Source: an uncultured Dehalococcoidaceae bacterium (lineage in GTDB: Bacteria > Chloroflexota > Dehalococcoidia > UBA2979). Taken from it: 32,518 nucleotides of DNA. A program made the translations under genes and the position numbers. Shown in pieces: positions 7,401 through 13,981 of the stretch. The notes under the pieces are model-generated. The model worked only from the letters and a program-made list of their open reading frames with translations. It was not told the origin of the DNA and did no database searches. The number at the start of each line of letters is the position of its first letter. Position 1 is the stretch's first letter. The DNA lies in the NCBI GenBank assembly GCA_964439675.1, contig CAYTRA010000001.1, forward strand, positions 1 to 32,518. The letters run 5' to 3'.

Positions 7401-10061
7401 GGCACGGGCACCTTCACGATCCGCTTCGACGCGGTGATCGTGGACATCGCAGCCAACGAAGGTGGGGACACCCTCACGAACACCGCCACCCTGTTCTACG
7501 ACGACGCCCTGGGCAATCCTCAGAGCGTCTCGTCGGGGGACGTCGATGTGACGCTGGTGGAGCCGGTGCTCGTCGTCACCAAGACGTTCGACCGCGCGGT
7601 GGCGGCGGCCAACGAGACGGTGGAGGTGACCGTCACGGTTGAGAACACCGGCGACGCGCCGGCGTACAACGTCACCCTGTCGGACGTCCTGGCGGCAGCG
7701 CCGAACGCGCTGATCAACCCGGTGGCGGTCTCCGCGACCCACGGCCTGACCTGGGCGACGGTGGGGACCACGGTGTCCTACACCGGCGGCACGATCCCCG
7801 CGGGCGCCACGGCGACCGTGGTCTTCGAGGTCGACCTGGCGAGCACCGTGGTGGCGGACGCGGTGATCAACAACACCGCCGAGGCCGCAGGCACGACCAT
7901 GCCGGGCGACGACACGGCGTACCCGGAGCAGCGCACCACGCCGACCGTGGACGACGACGCCTCGATCGAGGTGGGCGCGCCAGACCTGGTGATCACGAAG
8001 GATGACGGCGTCGCGCAGACGGCGCCCGGAGCGGTCATCGCCTACACCCTCACGTACGAGAACGTGGGCGACGCCGACGCCACGGGCGTGGTGATCAGCG
8101 AGACCGTCCCGGCCAACACAACCTTCAACGCCGGAGCGAGCCACGCCGACTGGTCCTGCGTCGGCAGCGCGTGCACCCTCGAGGTCGCGGGCACGGTGGG
8201 GGCTGGTGCGCCGCCGGCGTCGGTGACGTTCGCGGTCACGGTCGCGAACCCGATCGCCGCGGGCGTGGAGACTATCAGTAACACCGCGACCATCACGGAC
8301 GACGGTGACCACGGCCCGGACCGGGACACGGACGACAACTCCGCGACCGATACCACGCCGCTGGACGCCGTGCCGAACCTGCGCATCCAGAAGAGTGACG
8401 GCGGGGTGACCGCGTACCCCGGTGGCCCCATCGCCTACACGCTGACCTACAGCAACATCGGCGCGCAGGGCGCCACGGGCGTCGCGATCATCGAGACGGT
8501 GCCGGCGGGGGTCACGTTCGACGCCGCCGCGAGTGCGGCCGGGTGGGCGTGCATCCCGAACGGCGCTCCAGGCGCCACCTGCACGTACGCCGTGGGTGCG
8601 CTGGCGCCCGCGGCTACGGGTGATGTGACCTTCGCGGTCCGCGTGGACGACCCGAGCGCAATGGCGCCCGTCGATAACACTGCGGCGATCACCGACGACG
8701 GCACGAACGGAGCCGACAGCGACCCGACGGACAACTCCGCCGACGAGTCGACGCCCGTCGTTGATGTCGTCGACCTCGCCGTGACCAAGACGGTGAGTGG
8801 TGTCGGCGCCATCTTCCTCGGCAGCCAGGCGACATTCACGGTCTCCGTGGAGAACCTGGGGCCCGGTGACGCCAGCGACGTGGTGATCGCGGACGCGTTG
8901 CCCGCGGGCCTCTTGTACGTCTCCCAGGTGGGCGATGGGGTCTACGACTCGGTGGCCGGGACGTGGGATGCCGGCGACCTGGCCCCGGGTGAGAGCGCGG
9001 CTGTGTCCATTACGGTCGAAGCGGGGGCTCCGGGCACCCACCTCAACACCGCGACGCTCGCCAGCCTCAACGAGGTCGACACCAACCCGGCGAACGACAC
9101 GGACGCCGCGAACCTGACCGTCTTCACCCCCGTGGTGCCGCCGGCCGCCACTCCGACGGCGACCGCTACCCCGACGGCAACCGCCACTCCGACGTCGAGC
9201 CCGTCGCCGACGCCGACCGGAGCGCCGCCTCCGGGTCCGGAGACTCCCACGGTGACCGTGGGCGATGGCCCGGAGAAGCCGCTGGAGGATGGGTTCACCA
9301 GCACCGTGAAGGACACGGGTGGTGAGGTCCCGATCACGGTGAACGGCCTCACCGTGGCCGCCGGCTGCGAGGCGTCACTGCGCATCGTCGACTTCGATGA
9401 CACGACCTACACGGTCGCCCTCGAAGAGGGGCCGGACGGCGAACTCGGCGTCAACTGGGTCGTGCCGCCGGGCCCGGCCCGCACGACGCGGGAGGTCCAC
9501 CAGGTGGTGGGCGGCACGTGCGACGAGCCCCTGGACGCGGTCCTGGGCACGATCAGCCGCTACGACCCGTCCGGCATCATCGTGGACATCCGCTCGTCCT
9601 GCCCGATCTCCGGCGTGGAGGTCATCCTCCAACGCCTGGTGGACGGCGAGTGGATCGTCGCGGACCCGGCCGGCATCGAGGGCGGGACGGAGATCATGGA
9701 CCCGCAGATCAACCCGCAGTACACGCTGGCTGACGGGTCCTACGGCTGGGACGTGATCCCGGGTGAGTGGCGCATCTCCGTCTCGCACCCGGACTACCAC
9801 CCGCAGATCAGCCGCTCGGTGACCATCCCGCCGCCGGTGTTCGATCTGCACATGTTCCTGGAGCCGATCGGCGAGCCGCTCGACTGCTCCGTCCCGACGC
9901 CGGCAGACACCGGTCACGGGCCGGGCCTGGTTGCGGCGGACACCTCGGACGCCGGGACGTGGGCGGTGCTGCTCGGCCTGCTCGCCGGGACCGCCGTCGC
10001 GGTAGCCCTCGCCGGCCGTCGGTTGGCCCTCGCGGTGACGGAGGGGATCACCCGCCGCTAG
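1452..10061 (+). CDS. Giant (2869 aa) secreted cell-surface repeat protein: DUF11 (conserved repeat domain) and isopeptide-adhesin-like modules, Pro/Thr linker, CarboxypepD_reg/Cna-B-like domain, C-terminal TM anchor
   Basis: Track ORF 1350-10061. I prefer the ATG at 1452 (GGGTGG 5 nt upstream) because it gives a classical signal peptide, MLARTAGRTRHSGGLIAVMAVAALALLLLLNGRGGAYA/DP. Repeated DUF11-type signatures are present (IAYTLTYENVGDADATGVVISETVP, IAYTLTYSNIGAQGATGVAIIETVP, ATFTVSVENLGPGDASDVVIADALP). There are also adhesin-like modules (K...IGEVVAYEVV...DSLPTG), a PT linker (TPTATATPTATATPTSSPSPTP), a YDPSGIIVD...ISGVEVILQ domain, and a terminal hydrophobic helix plus RR. Confidence 0.9.
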   Translation: MLARTAGRTRHSGGLIAVMAVAALALLLLLNGRGGAYADPLPFVTIEAPEEPFYNEAFDFTLLFDNTDADEPGYGPFIDLELPPTLAYNGANYLSVALDDDTFVCAVEGEYTHPLTSETRTCTPGNTVAVIVLPFGSFVPPQPAAPVTISSFVNSGTPGIVGVAQEIRATGGFRFGSLPTGSTPLWQGGASIENVTPSIIRLRKEYVGPESETATGPNFPRQYRIIADVADGQTLNDFDLVDSLPNDLAFLSAAAVTADGAVEAAPPVGVPSNAPANEVRVGWAAITGGLGDNDAQMTVDFFAPLDDANAAPLLDAATGAPVPTVNDALARGTWTATGALVTSNATANDHTLTLRSLAIQKSVTNLTHPDPAATRPGDVLQWTLNIQVSDFFAFQNLNILDEFTDGQDFNAGFIPTLAWQDSGGRASAAAPFNAANYTVVEGAGGPPDGSGQPVRGRITFDISAEKITRASDARLVGGCVPIDGVPEPGEGEPWVPDCAVYNDGQTTATIVFQTVVRDEYDYFHTLGSGFSPIVQGDSVSNSVQIWGDVLSIQDAATPTGSTVTDTSSAHVEIPVGQVQKSIVAVNGGAPSGWLEPGDEVTYRIRYDLPITRFENFAFTDFLPLPVFDSTEGGAAWTQGADGVAPPAGQWALGPANTFTGAVPTVTSAVAPANTITFDYGDYDDDLSPATVVEVLFTVTVKDDPFADGLFLTNQVRATESSTESEVSDADAIVQIRLGQPDVQIRKGVIDAPAHATLGAGCVLPDPVTTYLEAGVDCDVSGVDAGDEVTFVVVLDNIGHASAYDLTVTDTLPAGLTNAALVDVRDGTGTVLTDGVDYNGDLFGAGIAFLTPVAGLDEGVPSDGTNVRVLTFTADVAATVVPGVTLTNTATITNYAGQPAAQNHVPAGRSDNATATVTSAQIAKTIDATSEAHTTGTTVTIGEVVAYEVVATFPEGTAADARITDSLPTGTRFLQCAAVDSYVASGHLTVEDATCANSGTSTNLVFDFGDVVNPAAADSTPGTITIRYDVLVENVAANVRGMTRVNSASLAFTGGGAGPATTTMTIAEPTLSITKAFEDDIADALDQTSITLTIEHTGPSNETAYDVALSDVLSEHLEYVPASITCTGDVAAATCEVDGDTVEASWTAIDPGETVTVVLGVEVLTSVGTGGSISNTANITWTGLPGANGAAAPGGAGSSTGERTGAGGVNSYNATATDTLNIFGFSPGKSLRATSEAHTTEVSGVERVAVGEVVTYRLVVRVAEGATTNVSVLDRLPPGYQYLGNPRLALVSTTGTNLTSSSGTIDGGACGVAGIEAPADLDDGCALNAANVTTGGGPGDDVTFTLGTLTNADDDADEEFAVIEYDALVLNVVGNQSNTSLANDFVVRVDGAPQATSNSVTVRVAEPAISIVKAVTTPATEAGDAVEYTLTVSNTASGANAAAGFDLVVTDSFPGSLTNVAIDDVQYDAASCGAVVMSHTEDVTGNDVTVTVTCLNPGEDVVITVTADVGDSADAGLLVENEATVTYSSLPGDQGAGAPGDSGDSDGERNGAGGVNDYTNSSEAAFSLTVPTIDKRNPSPAAATIGETVTWDILLWIPDGVTQDLVVTDHLPAGLTLQGVTLHTAAADAPGLITDDFNGTVVLGAVDGTTGDIEVTLGSPAATADGDGDNNRFVLRVTAHVDNVIGNQRTDTRSNTASATFTDPESGETAMTDATPPSAFTILEPELAVTKSLATPEGREAGDRVTYTLVVDHIDASSDSTAYDVTISDTLPALLTLDATSVEVSSDGACTGVSGATVAANGFSLTVDSMALDCAVTIEYEAVIHVDVNPGQALDNDAFATWASIDGATGAEASGRTGADGLPGGGVLNDYRAEDTVQLLIDGDFAISKQRVASDNADTLNGNLAIGETVTFELTGQVLSGTIEDVSVRDNIPPGMRFIEDSEEFEADDFGGTIAEPTVTCAGTCEAGDDVTFTFGQVVNTPGVGTGTFTIRFDAVIVDIAANEGGDTLTNTATLFYDDALGNPQSVSSGDVDVTLVEPVLVVTKTFDRAVAAANETVEVTVTVENTGDAPAYNVTLSDVLAAAPNALINPVAVSATHGLTWATVGTTVSYTGGTIPAGATATVVFEVDLASTVVADAVINNTAEAAGTTMPGDDTAYPEQRTTPTVDDDASIEVGAPDLVITKDDGVAQTAPGAVIAYTLTYENVGDADATGVVISETVPANTTFNAGASHADWSCVGSACTLEVAGTVGAGAPPASVTFAVTVANPIAAGVETISNTATITDDGDHGPDRDTDDNSATDTTPLDAVPNLRIQKSDGGVTAYPGGPIAYTLTYSNIGAQGATGVAIIETVPAGVTFDAAASAAGWACIPNGAPGATCTYAVGALAPAATGDVTFAVRVDDPSAMAPVDNTAAITDDGTNGADSDPTDNSADESTPVVDVVDLAVTKTVSGVGAIFLGSQATFTVSVENLGPGDASDVVIADALPAGLLYVSQVGDGVYDSVAGTWDAGDLAPGESAAVSITVEAGAPGTHLNTATLASLNEVDTNPANDTDAANLTVFTPVVPPAATPTATATPTATATPTSSPSPTPTGAPPPGPETPTVTVGDGPEKPLEDGFTSTVKDTGGEVPITVNGLTVAAGCEASLRIVDFDDTTYTVALEEGPDGELGVNWVVPPGPARTTREVHQVVGGTCDEPLDAVLGTISRYDPSGIIVDIRSSCPISGVEVILQRLVDGEWIVADPAGIEGGTEIMDPQINPQYTLADGSYGWDVIPGEWRISVSHPDYHPQISRSVTIPPPVFDLHMFLEPIGEPLDCSVPTPADTGHGPGLVAADTSDAGTWAVLLGLLAGTAVAVALAGRRLALAVTEGITRR
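4215..7997 (+). repeat. Four tandem protein-level super-repeats of about 295-346 aa inside the giant gene (4215-5132, 5133-6170, 6171-7112, 7113-7997)
   Basis: Each unit starts at a Lys: AKTIDATSEAHTTGTTVTIGEVVAYEVV, KSLRATSEAHTTEVSGVERVAVGEVVTYRLVV, KRNPSPAAATIGETVTWDILLW and KQRVASDNADTLNGNLAIGETVTFELT. Each then contains a D-x-[LI]-P-x-G segment followed by a DUF11-like half. Units 1-3 close with a conserved G-E/G-R-x-G-A-G/D-G...N-x-Y junction (nt 5049-5084, 6087-6122, 7011-7062). Confidence 0.75.
7998..9126 (+). repeat. Three consecutive DUF11-type repeat domains (starting at 7998, 8391 and 8787)
   Basis: KDDGVAQTAPGAVIAYTLTYENVG..., KSDGGVTAYPGGPIAYTLTYSNIG... and KTVSGVGAIFLGSQATFTVSVENLG.... 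The first two end in ITDDG-x-x-G-x-D-x-D-x-x-DNSA. Confidence 0.8.
9147..9200 (+). repeat. Imperfect 18-nt tandem repeat x3 encoding (ATPTAT)(ATPTAT)(ATPTSS) within the Pro/Thr linker
   Basis: The three units are gccactccgacggcgacc, gctaccccgacggcaacc and gccactccgacgtcgagc, read directly from the sequence. Confidence 0.8.
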
Positions 10062-10085
10062 GGCAACGTGGACGAGGTAGCGCCG

Positions 10086-10111
10086 GGGGGCGGGGATCAT
10101 CCCCGCCCCTC
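10086..10111. terminator. GC-rich hairpin between the convergent giant gene (stop 10061) and dnaE2 (stop 10149); likely a bidirectional intrinsic terminator
   Basis: The sequence ggggggcgggga-tca-tccccgcccc forms a stem of about 10 bp with a 3-nt loop, followed by tcggtcgttc. There is no long U-tract, which is common in high-GC genomes. Confidence 0.65.
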
Positions 10112-10148
10112 GGTCGTTCGAGGGCCATCGCAAGACGCGAGGAGCGGG

Positions 10149-13100
10149 TTAGCCCCAGCTCTTGCCCGCCGGCATCGCCAGCGCCTCCACCGGTAGGAAC
10201 TGCTGCACGGACTCCGCGATCAGGGTGCGCTGTTCACCGGCGCGCTGCTCCAGGCGGCCGGTGACCCGCACGAACGACGCCGTGCGGACGGTGTCTCGGT
10301 GGGTCTCGACGAGCTCGCGGCTGACGAGGACGTTGACCAGGCCGTACTCGTCCTCCAGCAGCAGGAAGATGATGCCCTTCGCGGTGAGGGGCTGCTGGCG
10401 ACAGACCACGAGCCCTGCCAGGTCGACTCTCCTGCCGGCCGGCATCGAACGCAGGTGGTGACTGGAGACCACGCCTTCGCCGAGCGATGGGCGCAGGAAC
10501 TGCATCGGGTGGCTGTTCGGCGAGAGGCGGAGCACGTCGTAGTCGATCGCCATGCGCTGGTAGTCGTTGAAGTCGGCCAGGCGCACCGCGTCCTGTTCAA
10601 CCGGCAGGTCCAGGCGGAGTTGCCGGTCGCGAGGGCGGCGCAGGTTCGCTTGCTCGAAGCCGCCCACGAACAGCCCGAGTTGCCAGATGAGTTCACGCCT
10701 GTTCATGCCCAGGCTGTCGAACGCGCCGGCGCGGATCAGGTTCGTGGTCGCCTCGTTGGAGAGGCCGGTGCGCTGCACGAAGTCGAAGAGGGAGCGGTAC
10801 GGCCCGGCGCGGCGCCGTTCCTCCTGCACGCGCATCGAGGCGGCCTCGCCGACGTTTTTCACGTAGCCCAAGCCCACGCGGACCGCGCCCCGCAGGTCCG
10901 CGCCCGTGTCCTCCGGCAGGATCTCGTCCACGGTGCACTTCGCGTCGCTCAGGTTCACGTCCGGGCGATGGATGGCGACGCCATGACGCTGGGCATCCTT
11001 GGTCAGGACGTGCGGGGGGTAGAAGCCCATGGGCTGCTCGTTGAGCAGCGCGCACAGGTACTCCGGCGGGTAGTAGTGCCGGAGCCAGGTGGAGTGGTAG
11101 GCCAGCAGGCCAAAGGCGGCGCCGTGTGATCGAGGAAAGCCGAACTCGGCGAAGCCCAGCAGGTTCTCGAACATGCGGGCGGCGTCGGCCTCGGTCACGT
11201 CGTCGTGTTGCATGGCGCCGGCCATGAACTTCTGGCGATAGCCCTCCATGATCGACTTTGACCGCTTGCGGCTCATGGCGCGGCGGAAGGTCTCCGCCTC
11301 GCCGGCCGTGAACCCGCCCATCTGCTTCGCCACCTCGATGACCTGCTCCTGGAAGAGCACGACGCCGAGGGTGTCCTCCAGCGCGTCTCGCACGCACGCC
11401 GGCATCGGGATGGGGTAGTTCGGATCCTTGCGGCGCGCCTCGCGGCGGCGGACATACGGGTTCACCGCCCCGCCCACGATCGGCCCCGGCCGCACGATCG
11501 AGACCTGCACCGTGAGGTCGTCCAGGTTCTCCGGGCGTGTGCGAGGCAGCATGGCGACCTGCGCGCGCGACTCGATCTGGAACACCCCCACCGTGTCGCC
11601 GTTGCGGATCTCCTCGAAGACCGCTTCGTCCTTCATGTTGATGCGCGAGAGGTCCACGATCTCGTCGCGTTCGCGCTCGATCAGGTCGAGGCACTCCTCC
11701 ACCACCGAGAGCATCCCGAGGCCGAGGAAGTCGATCTTCACCATCCGCGCGTCGTCGATGCTGTCCTTGTCCCAGTGGGCGATGTACCGGTTCGGCCAGC
11801 GGGCCGGCTGACAGGGGACGCAGTCGATGAGCGGGTCCGAGGAGATCACCATCCCGCCCACGTGCTGCGAGAGGTGGCGCGGGAAGCCGGCCAGTTGCTG
11901 CGCCATCTCCGAGAGGTGCCGCCACGCGCGGTCCTCCGCGCTCTCGAAGGCCAGCGGCGTTTCGGCCACGCCTCGCTGGCGGCGGACCTCCTCCGCCATC
12001 TCCGTCGCGCGGTCGTACGGCTTGGCGCGCTTCGACAGGCGGTCGACCTCCGTCTCCGGCAAGCCGAACACGCGGCCCAGGTCACGCACCGCGCTGCGGA
12101 TGCGGTAGGAGGGGAAGATGGCGACCAGCGCCGCGTGGTCCCTCCCCCACTTCTCGTACACACGCTCGATCAGCACCTCGCGGATGTCGCGCGGGAAGTC
12201 CAGGTCGATGTCCGGCAGTGACAGCAGCGAGTCGTTGAGAAAGCGGTCCACCGAGAGCCGGTTCCGGATCGGGTCGATGTGCGAGAGCCCGATCAGGTAA
12301 CAGACCAGCGAGGACACCGACGAGCCGCGCCCGCGGCCCGGGGGCAGGTTGGTCACGCTGCGGGCGCGGCTGGGCCCGCGCACCTCCGCCGCCACCTCCA
12401 CCGCGAGTTTCATGACCTCGTGGTAGACAAGGAAGAATCCGGCCAGGCCGTTGGCCTCGATCATCTTGAGCTCGTGATCGAGCCGGTCCAGGGCGGGCTG
12501 GCGTTCGTGCAGCACGTACTTCTGGCGGAGCCGCTCCGTGCAGATGCGGCGCAACTCCTCGATTGGTGGCTGGCCGCTCTCGTTCTGTGGCTCAGGGAGG
12601 CGGTACCCCAGGTCCTGGGTGAGGTCGAACGTGCAACGGCGGGCGATGCGGACAGAGTTCGCGGCCGCCTCCGGGTGATACGAGGCGAACCGCCGCGCCT
12701 GCTCCAGAGGCGAACGGAGGTAGAACTCCCCGTTCGGCCGCCGCTCACGGTGGGACTCGTCCAGGGTCTTGCGGTGCTTGATGGAGACCAGCACGTCCTG
12801 CAGCCGCGCGCGGTCCGGCTCGTGGTAGTGGACGTCACCCGTCCCCACCACCGGAAGGCCCATGCGTTCGGCCAGCGCGACCAGCGCGCGGTTCCGGGGC
12901 CGGTCCCCGAAGACGAGGTTGTCGACCAGTTCCACGTACACGTCCTCGCGGCCAAACCAGGCCACCCAGCGTGCGAGCGCCGCCTCCGCCTCCGCCGTAC
13001 GTCCCTCGTGGACGAGGCGCGTCACCAGGCCGTCCCGGCAGCCCGTGAGCAGGATCAGCCCGTCCGTGTGACCTTCGAGGAACCCCACCCGCACGACCGG

Positions 13101-13634
13101 ATCGAGGCGGCGCGCCTCGCGGCCGTCCTGTGAGTCCTCGTGCAGGCCGAACGCTTCGCTGGAGAGCCGGCACAGGTTCGCGTAGCCCTCGCGGCGTTCG
13201 GCGAGCAGCGTGACGTGGTGCCGGGCGCCGTCCTCCTCCATGACCGTCAGTTCAAGGCCGGTGATCGGACGGAAGCGGACCTCCACCTCCTCGCCGTCTC
13301 GGCTGATGGTCACGCCCTCCTTCGCGGAGCGCGCGAACTCCATGGCCCCGTACATGCCCTCGTGGTCGGTCAGGGCCAGGGCGCGGTGCCCCTGCTGTGC
13401 GGCCGCCACCAGCAGGTCATCGATCGAGGATGCCCCCTCCAACAACGAGTAGTTGGAGTGCATGTGCAGTTCCACGTACGGCACGTCGTCCAGGACGGAC
13501 GCCGGCACGGGCGCCGCCGGGCCGCGAGGCGCCATCGAACGCGGGGTGTCCGCCTCCACCTGCCGGTCGACCGCTCGGCGACGAGCCTCGAACGCCTCCC
13601 ATGAGTAGTCATACGAATGCCTGGCCGGACTCAT
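10149..13634 (-). CDS. dnaE2: Error-prone DNA polymerase III alpha-subunit paralog DnaE2 (ImuC), 1161 aa
   Basis: Track ORF 10149-14066. The real start is most likely the ATG at 13634, which overlaps the stop of the upstream ORF (ATGA). The PHP-domain signature VPYVELHMHSNYSLLEGAS is followed by the full Pol III alpha core. Its position downstream of imuB and behind an SOS box identifies it as DnaE2 rather than the replicative DnaE1. Confidence 0.92.
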   Translation of the reverse strand: MSPARHSYDYSWEAFEARRRAVDRQVEADTPRSMAPRGPAAPVPASVLDDVPYVELHMHSNYSLLEGASSIDDLLVAAAQQGHRALALTDHEGMYGAMEFARSAKEGVTISRDGEEVEVRFRPITGLELTVMEEDGARHHVTLLAERREGYANLCRLSSEAFGLHEDSQDGREARRLDPVVRVGFLEGHTDGLILLTGCRDGLVTRLVHEGRTAEAEAALARWVAWFGREDVYVELVDNLVFGDRPRNRALVALAERMGLPVVGTGDVHYHEPDRARLQDVLVSIKHRKTLDESHRERRPNGEFYLRSPLEQARRFASYHPEAAANSVRIARRCTFDLTQDLGYRLPEPQNESGQPPIEELRRICTERLRQKYVLHERQPALDRLDHELKMIEANGLAGFFLVYHEVMKLAVEVAAEVRGPSRARSVTNLPPGRGRGSSVSSLVCYLIGLSHIDPIRNRLSVDRFLNDSLLSLPDIDLDFPRDIREVLIERVYEKWGRDHAALVAIFPSYRIRSAVRDLGRVFGLPETEVDRLSKRAKPYDRATEMAEEVRRQRGVAETPLAFESAEDRAWRHLSEMAQQLAGFPRHLSQHVGGMVISSDPLIDCVPCQPARWPNRYIAHWDKDSIDDARMVKIDFLGLGMLSVVEECLDLIERERDEIVDLSRINMKDEAVFEEIRNGDTVGVFQIESRAQVAMLPRTRPENLDDLTVQVSIVRPGPIVGGAVNPYVRRREARRKDPNYPIPMPACVRDALEDTLGVVLFQEQVIEVAKQMGGFTAGEAETFRRAMSRKRSKSIMEGYRQKFMAGAMQHDDVTEADAARMFENLLGFAEFGFPRSHGAAFGLLAYHSTWLRHYYPPEYLCALLNEQPMGFYPPHVLTKDAQRHGVAIHRPDVNLSDAKCTVDEILPEDTGADLRGAVRVGLGYVKNVGEAASMRVQEERRRAGPYRSLFDFVQRTGLSNEATTNLIRAGAFDSLGMNRRELIWQLGLFVGGFEQANLRRPRDRQLRLDLPVEQDAVRLADFNDYQRMAIDYDVLRLSPNSHPMQFLRPSLGEGVVSSHHLRSMPAGRRVDLAGLVVCRQQPLTAKGIIFLLLEDEYGLVNVLVSRELVETHRDTVRTASFVRVTGRLEQRAGEQRTLIAESVQQFLPVEALAMPAGKSWG

Positions 13635-13981
13635 CGAGGTGACCTGCCATCTCTCCGACCATCGGGCGCCTGCTGCGCCTCGGTGTACGGCTGCTCGAAC
13701 CAGGCCCCGGTCACGTCGTCGTGGTAGAGCGTGAGCGGGCGGCCGCCCTCCAGCACCACGCGGTAGTACGTGCGGCGCTGCGGCGTCTCCCGCCACCACG
13801 CCTCCGCCAACCGCCACTGCTCCTCGATGCTCTCGATGCGGGACTCCACCCCTCGACGTCCGCGCGTGTCCGTGCGGGCCACCGCCAGCGGCGTCCCGTA
13901 CTCGTCCTCGCGCACGGCCAGCGTCCGCGCCAGCCCGATCGGCCGCAGCGAGGTGGAGGCCGACCGGCGGGCGGGCCTCAC
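13631..13981 (-). CDS. 116-aa protein resembling the C-terminal domain of full-length ImuB (possibly the DUF6504 family; recollection only)
   Basis: Its GTG start overlaps the imuB stop (GTGA, 13978-13981) and its stop overlaps the dnaE2 start (ATGA, 13631-13634). The motif IESIEEQWRLAEAWWRETPQRRTYYRVVLEGGRPLTLYHDDVTGAWFEQ matches, from memory, the W-rich...RxY...G.WF pattern at ImuB C-termini. Confidence 0.7.
   Translation of the reverse strand: MRPARRSASTSLRPIGLARTLAVREDEYGTPLAVARTDTRGRRGVESRIESIEEQWRLAEAWWRETPQRRTYYRVVLEGGRPLTLYHDDVTGAWFEQPYTEAQQAPDGRRDGRSPR

Noticed and set aside
1734-9041. A 2435-aa ORF antisense to giant gene 1, together with many shorter antisense or out-of-frame ORFs across 1727-10133.
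   Set aside because: It is exactly codon-aligned with the sense gene, so it stays open simply because the sense gene never uses the TTA, CTA or TCA codons (extreme GC3 bias). The translation is Arg/Gly/Asp/His/Val-rich low-complexity sequence with no domain-like features. The sense frame has a signal peptide and recognisable repeats.
9127-9255. Short tandem repeats that could be mistaken for a CRISPR or microsatellite locus.
   Set aside because: They lie in frame inside the giant CDS and encode a Pro/Thr linker. The units are contiguous with no spacers, so this is not a CRISPR array.
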